A DNA stretch of 63,261 nt, counting the filler, from Sphaeroforma arctica JP610 (lineage: Eukaryota): NCBI RefSeq assembly GCF_001186125.1. It is 7 parts of 2 records of this genome, joined end to end, with 100 filler letters (N's around TTAATTAATTAA, not from the genome) between each part and the next. Parts side by side here need not be neighbours in the genome. Positions count along the whole stretch, not along the records: positions 1 to 23,373 come from NW_014040529.1; positions 23,474 to 32,786 come from NW_014040528.1; 5 more parts are not named here. The stretch is one strand, 5' to 3'. Below, piece after piece: positions 14,471 to 26,500 of the stretch (positions are counted from its first letter, which is position 1; each line of letters starts with the position of its first letter). The notes under the pieces are model-generated. The model was not told the DNA's origin, did not search any database, and was given only the letters and a program-made list of their open reading frames with translations. Position numbers and translations under genes: made by a program.

Positions 14471-14711
14471 GAAAATTGCAGTTTTCGGCTGTGGAAAAAG
14501 ATGGCTCAAGCTCAAGGTCATGCCACGTCTGGTTTTTTTCGAAGGAGGATGAAATTGTGTTCAACGAGCAAGCGGATCGAATGCAGCTAAAGCGTGCTGT
14601 GCAGAAATTAGCGGGAATCAAATTGGCTTTCAGATTTGCACACTCGCGCGAGCTACAGGAGGCCAAGATGGATGAATGGAGACAGAAGTTGGATGCTACG
14701 CGTCTTTCACA

Positions 14712-16156
14712 ATAAAAAAATAGTCGCAAAAAAGGACACATGCAACAGTCACAAAAAATAAGTCGCAAGCAATAATCACAATAAATAAGACGCATGCAAT
14801 AGTCGCATATATAAGACGCGTGGAATAGTCGCATAAATAGGACGCATGCAATAGTCGCATAAATAAGACGCGTGCATTGGCGTAGACTCAAAGCAGCAAT
14901 TGAAGCTGTCGTGTCTGGTTGTGTCTCGGTTTGATGTTGGCGGTTTACCCATAACCAGTTGGTAGTAGTATTGGCGCCGGGCCATTGCCGCGATCTCCTT
15001 GTTGGGCCAACGTTTTGTTGAGTTCTTCCTGAAGTCGTCACTGCGTTGGCGGAGAGCTACATGGTCGGGTGTACGCCAGCCCGTGGTTTTGTGTACAGCT
15101 TTCAGACGTCGTTCCACTCTTCTTTTGACTGTGTCTCAGATTCCATGGTGGCAAGTGCTTGTGTACGACAGGAGTACCAGTCGCGTAAATAGGACGCATG
15201 CAATAGTCGCAAAAATAAGACGCATACCGTGCAATAGTCGCATAAATATGACGCATGCATTAGTCGCAAAAATAAGACGCATATAGTAGTCGCATAAAAA
15301 AGACGCGTACAACAGTCACATAAACACGACGCATGCAATATTCACAAAAATATAAATAAGACACATGCAATAGTCGCGCAAATAAGACGCATGTAATAGT
15401 CGCATAAATAAGACGCATGCAATAGTCGCAAAAATAAGACGCATACAATAGTCGTATAAATAAGACGCGTGCAATAGTCGTATATATCAGACGCATGCAA
15501 TAGTCGCAAAAATACGACGCATACAATAGTCGCATAAATAAGACGCATACAATAGTCGCATAAATAAGACGCATGCAAAAGTCGCGCAAAATAAGACGCA
15601 TGCAATAGTCACTAAAAATAGGACGCATGCAATAGTAGCATGAATAAGACGTATGCAATAGTCGCTTTAATACGACGCATGCGATATTCGCAAAATAAAA
15701 ATAAAAATTAAGACGCATGCAATGGTCGCATAAATAAGAAACATGCAATAGTAACAAAAAAATTACTCATGCAATAGTAGCATGGATAAGTCGCATGCAA
15801 TAGTCGCATAAATATGACGCATGCAATAGTCGTATAATTAAGAAGCATGCAATAGTAACAAAAAAGGTAAGCCGCATGCAATAGTAGCATGGATAAAACG
15901 CATGCAATAGTCGTATAAATATGACGCATGCAATAGTTGCATAAATAAGAAGCATGCAATAGTAACAAAAAATAATACGCATGCAATAGTTGCATAAATA
16001 AGAAGCATGCAATAGTAACAAAAAATAATACGCATGCAATAGTTGCATAAATAAGAAGCATGCAATAGTAACAAAAAAAATACGCATGCAATAGTCGCGT
16101 ATATAAGTTGCATGCAATAGTCGCAATAGTAAGACGCATACAATAGCCACATAAAC
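14712..16156. repeat. Satellite, ~26-bp unit (aatagtcgcataaataagacgcatgc), interrupted by a LINE-derived piece at ~14876-15178
   Basis: Dozens of degenerate tandem units. The CDYCMRL/ATIACVL ORFs are repeat translations. Confidence 0.92.
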
Positions 16157-19100
16157 TAGGCTCCCTCCATCGCTTTAAACTCAGCTTCCAATTTAGAGTC
16201 TCATAAAACTCATAGTGTTGTATATAATCCAAGAACAACTGTGCGTTGCAACTTGCAATATTGGCACGTAGAATTCGGTGGTCTGTTATATCTAACTCTT
16301 CTCGGAAAAATGGGGCTATCGCAGACTGAACGAAAGAAGCAGTTTCCATCGGCACGAACATTTCGTAACTTATACATGCCGTCGGGGAGAAAAAGTCGCG
16401 TTCCATCATTGATATCGTTCGCATACTTATGGTAGAATTGTCTCGGGGCGTGGGCTGCTTAGGCTGGGGTTGTGCTTCTCGTGCTGGGGCTGGAGCTCCT
16501 CGACCTTGTCCTTGCCTTTCCCCTGCCGCGTCTGGATTGCGATTCTCGTCAGCCACTGGAGTGGAAATTTTGCTTGTAGAGTCCATCGTGCACACTTATA
16601 CCGTAATAGGGTAGCTAATATCTCTTTGAGATAAATAAGAGATGATATCAGTAGGCACTTCAAGATTTCCAAACAATATACACTCACTATCATAATTAAT
16701 TACTGTCAAATTATACAAATAATGACACGATCCGACGATACAACCTAATTTGGGATCTAAAAGTTGTAATGTTGTTATTTTGTGTAGCTTTCCTTGACCG
16801 TGTGTTGGGTATATGACATGCTTTCCTTTTCAGTCATAGATATAGTAATAAAATTGAAATGGGGTCGTCAGTTACAAGGATTTTATTTATTTGTTTTGCT
16901 TTTTGTATGCGTATGTCAGACTTGTCAGTGTCTCAGCGACAATCTCCCAACTTCAAATGTATGGCTGGCATAAAGCCGCATAAACACCTATATATCAGCA
17001 ATAATCGTTTTTTAACTCGCGTCATGGTTTTATTTTTAAAACTATTATATTACAGCATGGTTTTATTTATCTATATTTTCTACGATGTTTTTATTAATAA
17101 AATGGCACTGCAAGTTGTTTTTATTTATTTATTTATAGATTACGTTGTTTTTATTAAAGCCAAGTGTACTCGTGTAAGCCACATAATTGGCTTATAATTG
17201 GCGCGTTAAAGACAGGAGTAAATATTGAAAGCAAACATGTTGTCAATATATTAATGGCAGGCATATGCTTCACAGCGTCAGGTCGCAGGCGACAGCGTCA
17301 GACTTAATGGTCGCAGTCGAGAGTCGCAGGCATAGTGGTCGCAAGACCCGGTCGCAGTCTTAGTGGTCGCAGTCTTAACAAATCTCCAAAAAGTATCGAG
17401 TGTTCAACTGTTCATACTTCAGTCTTCGTAGCTTACTGTACTTTTTTTTGGTTTCAATTTTGAAATAATTTAAAAAAACAAGGAAGTTTTTCTTGTTTTG
17501 TTATTTTTTTTATCGAGGCGAAGGAGTCACGGTCTTTTTAAATTTTTAACATTTGCCTTTTTTTTTTTTGCAGAATCGAACATACAATTTCATAAAATCA
17601 GCCTTCTCTACGGTAAAGTTATATTTATTACACACAAGGGGGCCCAGTTTTTGTTTAAAATATATGATTTTTTTTTGAAACAAAAACTCGACAATAGTCG
17701 TTTTGACAAAATCTTGCACATGCCACATATGTACTAAATAGTTGTGATATTTTGTAAAAGTACCCGTGTCTTCTATTTTTCTATTTCACACTGTTCATGG
17801 AAAGTTTTTTGTATTTACTTACTGGCCGTCTGACCCTATATCACCACTTATGAATAAGTCTTCCAATGGAAGACAAACCAAATTTCTGGCCCTAAATATT
17901 TATTTTTTCTTTTTGAAATTTCCGTTTTGTCTTTCGTTGGAAGACAAAACGGATAGTCGGTTACAACAGTACAATTTTCGATATGAACCCGTTTTCGGAT
18001 GGCCCTGATTTACCCCGCAACCGTTTCCTTGGGCAATTTTGGGTCTAGTAGCCAAGTGACACATGTTTTACTTCGCATATGGCACCATACAGCAGCAATA
18101 GCGCTCCTCCAACCTGCAGTTATGTATATACTTTTAATTATACCAAGAAGTGTAGCTTTTTAAGGATAACTTGTAATCACTTAGAGACGCATCCAAAGCA
18201 AATCAATGAGTAGTAGTAGAGGAGGATGTGGCGGTGGACTCTCGCGTCCTCCGCCCACTAACACGATGTGGACAGGTGGATTCACTAACGCGCAAATGGA
18301 AAGTAGAGAACTGAACGAAGGAGTTATACAATCAATGGAGGACGATAGAAACAACATGAATCATGCACCCGCAGAGCTAGGAGATCAAGGTGAGATTGTT
18401 GTTATTGTGGTGTAGCGTTAAGGAATGTTTGTGTATGTTTCATCAATGTGTAAATGTATATATCTTTCAATGATCGCATGCATTGAATCGCATGCAATGT
18501 CAATTTTATTTTATGTTATATAGTTATTATATAGTTATTATATTGTATTTACTAAAAGTGTATATATATAATCGTGAGAAATGTACTTTGTGCATACGTG
18601 TGTATCTTTCATAAATAAATGTAATTGAATTATAAGTATATCTGATCGCATGCTCTGCGTTTGTGTACTCTATAAATACATAACGTAATGCATGTAATTA
18701 TAAATTTAATCAAGCTAAGTAACTCAACAATACAATATCGGGGGCTGCAATGGTCGAACGGGTTCTCTGTGTTTTGTTGCGTGTGCAATATATCTTGTAC
18801 GAGCAAACATGTGTGTGTGGTCTGCAATGGTTGAGTGCACTACGAGTTTGCTAATATGCGTTACGACACTTGTGAATGTGACAAGTGTACCAAATGTAAT
18901 AGCTGTGGTGCTGCTATTAGTATAAGCCATAAGTGCAACCAGTGTGGCTTATCCGTGCATCTGTTCGACGCGTGCTCGTCTGCCTGAGACGATGGTAGTG
19001 AAGGGTACGGTGTGGGGCGAATGTGTCTACGATGTTCTCCACATGAGAGCCTAGGGAGTATGATTGAGCTTTCTGATGTATCTTCAGCACGAGAGATGCC

Positions 19101-19249
19101 ATCGATTGCTACTGCAGTCAATACGGCCAAGAAGACAGCTAATAATAAGTCATCTACTACTAAGAAAGTGCCTGCAACTAAAAAGGCACCGACAAAAAAA
19201 GCTGGCACGAAGTCTGCGCCCAGAGGGAAGGGTCTCTCTATTCCGGTAG

Positions 19250-20400
19250 CAAAAGAGAGAACAGTCAGGCAACAGAAGCAACAGGGAATGTATGCCGATG
19301 ACTTAAAATTGTGAAAGGTCGATACAATACCAGCAGTACGCCTCATATACGAGAATGCTTTTGTAGATATACACGTCGGTCAGCGCACAAAAGCACATGC
19401 GAGCACTATCAAGGAACGTATCGATGCGATGGCACTCGAAACTGATGTGAATGGTAGAGTGAATGGTGCTAGTTTATACCTTACACTTATTGAGGGCATC
19501 TTACCTAAGTTACTCCAATGACTCAAAGCCGTGGCCTTGTCCAAATATCTGATATGTAAAATGGAAAAGGTATTAATTAATTAAAAAACCGTTAAAAATC
19601 ATTTAGGAGACTTAAGTTCGTCGCACTATTAAGAGTACGTTTATAATTTACGTACTGCTTAAGAGTACGTTTACAACATAGAGTCTAATGTGGAGGGGCT
19701 ATTACATATCTATATGTGTCGGACCCTTTGAAATTGGCGTCTGTCGAGGAGTGGGAACTGAAGTCGTTCATATCTATGCACATTGGATTCGGCTTGCTTG
19801 CTTTAACAAAGGAGTCGTGCATTCGGATAATTAAGATGTTGGCGAAAGAGTTTGAAATGCAACAGAAGCGGTCCTCTCTATTGATAGATACAAGTAAATT
19901 ATGAATTATGTGATTAGATTCAACCCGGTCGATCATCCAACAAGATGGGACACGGTACAGAATGTCAGGGAGTTCGAAGCTGATGCTTTCGCGAAGTGTG
20001 TCAGATTATTCATGACTGAGAACGGAACACACACTCTTGATGATGAACAAGTGGGCTCGCGTGCTAAAGACATTCCGAAAAAGTCTAAAGCAAGGAAGAA
20101 AAAGCCATGGGGCTTCAAATCGGACGCAGTCGCATGTGCAAATTTCTTCGCTGTTCTGCTAGTGAGGTTTCATGAGCGTGACTATATGCAGACGTATGCG
20201 GTGAAAGATTCATTTTCAAGATTGCAATATGCTTACACTCATCGTCAAACAGTTGGGGGAGCGCAGATGTGTGCAGACCGCGGATACGGAGATGCAACTC
20301 TTTGGACAGAGATTGTAGAGAAAGGAATGAATGGTATCATAATCATACATAGTACTGTGTACAATAAGTTTCCGTGGATCGGATAAAGTGCAGATGCGGC
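19250..20400 (+). pseudogene. Degenerate piggyBac/IS4-like DDE transposase
   Basis: EWELKSFISMHIGFGL...TLDDE...KKKPWGFKSDAVAC...CADRGY resembles piggyBac-type motifs (EL..F, VDE, KP..WG.K, D..Y). Broken by stops, an LTR fragment and a LINE fragment. Confidence 0.55.
19533..19706 (-). mobile_element. Terminal fragment of the 758-bp LTR family
   Basis: Matches ~978-1150 and ends in TATTACA. Confidence 0.8.
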
Positions 20401-20434
20401 CTTCAAATACCCCGTGCAATTCCATTTGCCGGAT

Positions 20435-20992
20435 TTACCAGGTATGGGTGACACACACCAACAGATGTTCCCCATACCCCGGCTAATCACGCTGTTGAAA
20501 TACTAATTCCAAACATCGGTTCAAACCAAATCATCGCGCTTGTTGGTTCCGACTATGATACTTCCGATCCAGGCTAGCCAACACATACCGAATTCATCCG
20601 TGGTCTGGTGCGGCATTGGCTTACCCCCATCCTCGCTTCTCGACCGGATTATGACGGATAACCTGGTCCTTCTCGGTATTTCGTACTCTGCACTAACCCA
20701 TTCCGCGGCACTACACGACGCAGACCCGATCTGTACCACAGAGGTGGGTACTCTACTTAGTAGGTCAGCAAGCGAATATATGGAACATTCGATAGTATCA
20801 GTATTTTGTCAACACCGGCCCGAATTGACTCAGCACATATCTTCCATTGTCGACTCACTTGGCCCAAGCTTCGAACGGGAATTTACTGACCACTTCTTCC
20901 CATCAATCTTTCCTGAACCACTACAGCGACTATGATAGCCATACCATATGTTCATACATTGTATCATACATACTTGCCATTTTTGAAATAAA
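20435..20992 (+). mobile_element. 3' fragment of the LINE family
   Basis: The 131-aa ORF at 20540-20935 is nearly identical to 9480-9875, and the 3' UTR is the same. Confidence 0.9.
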
Positions 20993-21622
20993 TAATATTA
21001 TCCCTATAGTATCCGCGAGCTGTAAATTGAAGACACCTACTAATGAAGAGGAGGAACGTGAAATTAATCTGATAGCATTTGGGGTTAAGGCAAATGCCAC
21101 GCAAAAAGGAAAACCATAAGACACCGTGTGATGTCTTAAGACTTAAGATCCATTAGTGAATTATCTTAAACCAACGTACGTTCTTGTGAAACGACCGCGT
21201 CCAAAGAAAAAAGTTATAGATCTCATATTATTCTAACCGAGCGAGCTTGGAATTGCAAGACCTCCTGCGACAGTAGCATTTGAGAGCGCACTTCGCGAAC
21301 ATATGACGCCGATCACAGTTGAACAACGATCCAGTGACTGGTTTAGAAGTCGTCAACTCGTTTTCACCAGAACCGTGAGTCAAGTCATAGCTAAGAAAGA
21401 TACTTCAGTTCGAATATATCTTACTAACAAAAACCAAGCCAATAAGTCTACTACGACACTTCCAAGTTCAGCCGACATGGATTTAGACGAAGAAGATGGC
21501 GGAATACTGCACGATACTATGACAGTGCGAAGGCTTGAGGACTATCCAGGCATGTTTCACGTCGTGCATACAAATTTGTTATCATTTGTCTGTTTTGATG
21601 TACTACAGCTAACAAGGGAAGA

Positions 21623-21802
21623 TGTAGTAAACACACCAAAATACGATACTAAAACCTACTAAGTCTCCCTGAGGCTCAGTGCGGTGTTTTTATTCTTATA
21701 TTTGAATGTCTACGTGGTCTACAAATAATTCACCTCGTGTGAATTAATTATAAACTAATTCTAACTCCACACTGATAGTGGGTTAAGGGGACTTTTACTA
21801 CA
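21623..21802 (-). mobile_element. 3' LTR (180 bp) with polypurine tract
   Basis: TGTAGTAAA...TTTACTACA inverted termini, preceded on the minus strand by PPT GAGGGGAG (21803-21810), downstream of the integrase. Confidence 0.8.
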
Positions 21803-22189
21803 CTCCCCTCAAGCTCAAACGTCACCAGTGATTGAAGAGCTTCAAAAATAAATCACCTCTTAAACTATTGAAAATTAAACAACAAAAAACTAGAAGTGTA
21901 AATTAAACAAAATATATATATATAAACTAGTGAAAATCCTTCAGCTGAGTAAGTTCGTGCCTTGGAAACTGGTCTTTTGAACCATCCCGGCTGTGCTGGT
22001 ATATTTTCACCCCCCAACAAGCTAGGGTATCCGCTGGTATGTTTTCACCCCCCCCACCCCCCATAAGCTCAAGTTGTGGAATCGTCGTTCGCCTCTACAT
22101 CGTGGTGAAATCTCACGAGGAGAGACAAACTCCGATCCGGAAGTAGATGGTAGACATCTAGTATTGATCAACGTAACGTTGGAATTATT

Positions 22190-23160
22190 GGTGTTGTGCC
22201 GCTTTCTTCTTCTGGCGAGTTTGCTCGGCTTTGTGATATACAAGGATATCATTCGGATCGTCAAAAGCTTCGGCTGACTCCCAAGTTGGATCACCTTCCC
22301 GCCAGCGAACCAAGTATTTTGTATTTCCTGTGGAATCATTCTGTCTATGTCAAATGATGTAACGGAACGAGGAACTATCCTGCCATATATGATCTTCTAA
22401 AGGTTTTTCGGTGGCTCTATGGACTAATCGCAAAAGTTCCACTCTAACTGGTTTACCTTTGAAAGTATCTGGAAGTGAACCATCCTTGTGTGTCAGTTCA
22501 TATCCATGTCCCTGTCTGGCTTTGACAACGTATGGTCCAAACATTGGTCGCTTTGCTTTGGTTGTGCGACCTTTGGACCGTACCATTACCACATCCCCTG
22601 GTTGAAAGGCGATAAAATCGTAAGCATGGAGGCGGTCAAACGGCTTGGATAGTGTGTCTGCGTATTTCTGCGTGACCTTGTAAAGCGTCGGCAAGATAGT
22701 GTCGTGCAAACGATCCAGCCGGTGTGCCCAAGCCTCATTGGTGACCGGCTGATTCCCCGGAAGGTCATCCGTGAAGTCAGCAAACGGAACATGACGGCGA
22801 CCGAAGTAAGCACTGAATGGTGCTGTCTTGTGTCGCCGAGATATTTGGAGGTTCTGGCACAGCATAATAAGTGGTATCCGCTGCTCCCAGAACCTGATGA
22901 CGATATGGTGGCGACTTTGCATGCATCACTCCAACTTCTTGAGTTATTAGTTTAACAATCTTGTTCGAAAACTCGCCTCCCTCGTCTGATTGAATTTTCC
23001 TGGGAAAACCATGTTCCACAAACACCTCCATAAGTTTCGATGTCACCACTTCTGCTGACTTTGTGGCCGTTGCTCTTAATATCGAGTACCCCGTTGCTAT
23101 ATTCAAGACGTGCAATATATATATATCGATTTCCTGCTGCTGAAACTAGTGGCATTGGAA
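22190..23160 (-). pseudogene. Gypsy integrase core + GPY/F + chromodomain
   Basis: HGFPRKIQSDEGGEF, TAPFSAYFGR, FQPGDVVMVR, FGPYVV. In frame after a stop at 22350: HRQNDSTGNTKYLVRWREGDPTWESAEAFDD (chromodomain YLV.W/TWE). Confidence 0.88.
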
Positions 23161-23161
23161 T

Positions 23162-23591
23162 TGTAGAAATACGGCCTCCGGTCAGTCTAAAATATCAAGA
23201 TCAATTGAGATAATACATTGGTTTTTATTTGTATTTTAAATAATTTAATACAAGCTCTTTTTCCAATATTTCCAAAGTGTTCTAAATGCACTTTGATGGC
23301 TCCAATTGCCTGAGTATTTGGTATGGCTCATCTACTTGGACCTATTTGAGACATTAGTAGATGTAGGATATTANNNNNNNNNNNNNNNNNNNNNNNNNNN
23401 NNNNNNNNNNNNNNNNNTTAATTAATTAANNNNNNNNNNNNNNNNNNNNNNNNNNNNNNNNNNNNNNNNNNNNGACTGACCGGAGGCCGTATTTCTACAT
23501 TGTATTAAATTATTTAAAATACAAATAAAAACCAATGTATTATCTCAATTGATCTTAATATTTTAGACTGACCGGAGGCCGTATTTCTACA
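23162..23591. repeat. Ends of another LTR-like repeat family (TGTAGAAATACGG...) on both sides of a gap; third copy at ~33140-33353
   Basis: 23162-23373 is the reverse complement of 33140-33353. 23474-23591 carries two copies of the terminus. Confidence 0.7.
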
Positions 23592-26500
23592 TCTTCAAGT
23601 GCGTCTACTACGTTTTGCTGCTTTAGCTTATGGTTTTGCGTCAGCCAAGCAAGAATGTTTTCATCATTCTGCTCCTCCAGAATAAAAATTGGGTGTTGAA
23701 AATCCACTTGCGTGGTCTCTAAGTCTGCAATGTTTCCAAACTCCTGTCCTGCTTTCGCATGAGTGTCATAAGTGCGCTTATGTGCGTTAGATACACCTGA
23801 CTTATTTAATAGTCGCACAGACTTCAAGTGCTGTGTTGCCTTTGAACTGCTTAATGTTAAATTGGGTAGAGAGTGGAATCTCTGATTCTTTGACCTTGTT
23901 AAGGAAGGTCTCAGAAAGGGTCCATTTGGTTGTTCCAATGGAACCTATACGACATATTATAGTATGTCTCCAGGGCATCTTCTGGATGGCTCGAGTACCC
24001 TGATATAGAAAAGTATCTACTTCCCTATCTAAATATATTGGCTCGCATTGTATCATGCTTATCAATTTATTGAGCCATGGATCTATACTCCGTAATGGGC
24101 AACACAACGTGATGGTATCTTTATGTATATGAACATAATTTATTAGCTGGGCAATTAACTGCCATGGTGGATTAGCCCATGCATTATGTTTGGAGAGGTC
24201 TATTTGAAAGGTGTCTCCCAAAGGATGATTTAAAGCCCTGTAATTTGATAGTTGTACATTATGATGTGCAGCAAACATATCTATGGTATGTGGCCGAAAT
24301 ATCTTTTGAGCCAGTTCAAACCACCTGGGATTACACTTTCAGTCAGTGGCTAGTAACTCACGTACGGATTTATTAAAGTCCGGTACAAAGCGTGATAGCA
24401 TATCCGGTAAATGGTTATGTATTCCTGGCAGATGTTTTATATCAAAATGAAACTTTGATATTGTATCATGCCAGCGACTCAGTAATTGTGAGTCGGGTTT
24501 CATCTCTTTCATATATTAAAGAGATTTCTGATTACACATCAGCGTAAATGCTGTTCCGTATATGTAATCTCGGAAGTGTGTTAGAGCTGCCAATATTGCT
24601 AATAGCTCTTGTTTAACAGTTGGATAATTCAACTGTGAAGCATTCATTGCTCGACTAAAGAATTGTATATATCTAGGTTTATCATCTATAACCTGATATA
24701 ATACTCCTCCTAAGGCTAAGTCGGAGGCGTCCGTTGCTATTTCAAACGGCACGCCATCGACAGGTCCTTGTACAGCAGGGGCTTGCTGGACTGCGTGTTT
24801 GAGGGCTTTAAATACGTCATCACACTCTTTAGTCCACAAATCTCCTAGTTTGCCTTTATGACATCTTAAGTGTCCAAAAGGTTTAAGGTAATCAGCCAAG
24901 TGTGGTACTCCATCTGAAAAGAAGTTTACAAACCCACACATGCTGTTAACATCTCTTCCTGTAGTTGGTGTTCGCCAATCTAACAGGTGTTCTACTTTAC
25001 CGGGGTCGATTTTAATACCTTCCCCAGATATTCAGTAGCCTAAGAGCTGTATTTCGCTCATGGCGAAGTGACATTTCTTCTCGTTAATCTTGAAGTTTTA
25101 CTCGTTGAGTCTCTTAAGGACTCGTCTGACTAATGCGGCGTGTTCGCCATTAGTTTTGGAAAAGATGACTATGTCGTCTATGTAGACTTGCACGTTAGGC
25201 ATGGCTGCAAACATTTCTTCCATTACTTGTTGGAAGAATGCTGGTAAAGAGTGCAACCCGAAAGGTGCACCTCTGAGCCTGTATTGTTTACCTTTCCACG
25301 TAAAACTAAAGTATTTATGATGTGGTTCATATATCTGCATTTGATGGTATCCTTGTGTACGATCTATAGTTGTAAATACTGTAGCACCTTCCATCCTTCG
25401 CAGTAGCTCGTTAATACGAGGTAAGTGAAAGCTATGAGTCGGCAATGATTTATTTATAGGACTCATATCTAAATATACTCTGACTTTCTTAAACGATCCG
25501 TCAGAGTTATGTTGGTCTACGGCTAGCAGCACCAAGTTAACTGGCGTCTGTTGATAGTTAATTTCTATCACTCCATCTGCTAGCCATTTCTCAACTTGTT
25601 CTTTTACCACAGCCTCGTGTCTCCAGGATACATAGTTCCTTGAGGGACACTTTAACTGTGTAAAGTCTACCTTGGTTAAGTCAAGGCTGACATATCCGTC
25701 GTTAAAACGGAATTTTGTCCAATCTGTGATCTTTATCTTCTTATTGACTAGAATCAGATCCATGATTTTGTTCGCAAAGTCAGGTATTAATGCCTTGACT
25801 GTGTCTGACGGGGGTCTATATGGATTCAGACAGTTATCGTCTGATTGATCCTTTAATGGATCTATTTTATTTTGGTAGACCAGTTATGGTTATACCTAGA
25901 GTAAGTAAATCGCTCATTCCGACTATAATGTCGTACTTCTGTGACATCTTAACTATCACAGCTTGGGTAGTGATATTTCTATCATCGGCCAAGGAGATTT
26001 TAACATCTGTGGCCATGGTATCACACTTAGCAGTTATATCATCAGCTAAAATGAGGTGAGTTGTTTGTGTTCTCCTTTCGATATCTTTCATTAATGCAAA
26101 GCGATCGGATATACATGAAATTTCTGAACCAGGATCAATTAGCGCAATATTTCCATTGCAATATACAGGGATTATTACACGCTCATCTAAAGAGTCGTTG
26201 TACTGTCTGTGTAACGATTGTACCCGGTAATATCGTCAGTCCAACTTAACATCGGGTCTGACGTTACACGATTTAGTGTGGTAGCCATTGGTCTTCTCAC
26301 ATTTATCGCACTTTGTAAGATAGTGTTTACAAGATTGGACATGCTTTCCGTTCCAGTAACCGTTAGGGTTTAACTGGTACATGTCATAACCACATTTCTC
26401 ATCAGTACATTTCTTAACTTGCTTGTATGCAGGTTCCTTGTGCTCCGCACGCACTTTCTTAACAGGGCGTGTAAATTGAGTAGATTCACGTGGACGTGTA

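Larger units (their letters stand above)
8223..17386. mobile_element. 9.16-kb TIR DNA transposon, Mutator/MULE-like by TSD length, non-autonomous, with nested cargo
   Basis: Left end GATATTTGTTAAGACTGTGACCAC (8223) is the inverse of right end GTGGTCGCAGTCTTAACAAATCTC (17386). Subterminal GACTGCGACTCTC repeats lie at both ends. Perfect 9-bp flanking duplication CAAAAAGTA at 8214-8222 and 17387-17395. Confidence 0.85.

Noticed and set aside
14712..16156. CRISPR-like appearance and long CDYCMRL ORFs
   Set aside because: Contiguous degenerate tandem units with no unique spacers and no cas genes; eukaryotic satellite.
23374..23473. TTAATTAATTAA islands inside N runs (also ~32831, 47077, 52967, 59982, 61606)
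   Set aside because: Artificial contig linker with stops in all six frames; order and orientation across it are not guaranteed.
23162..23591. Apparent TIR element formed by TGTAGAAATACGG...CCGTATTTCTACA
   Set aside because: The inversion spans a linker gap and has no TSD; more likely two LTR ends on separately oriented contigs.
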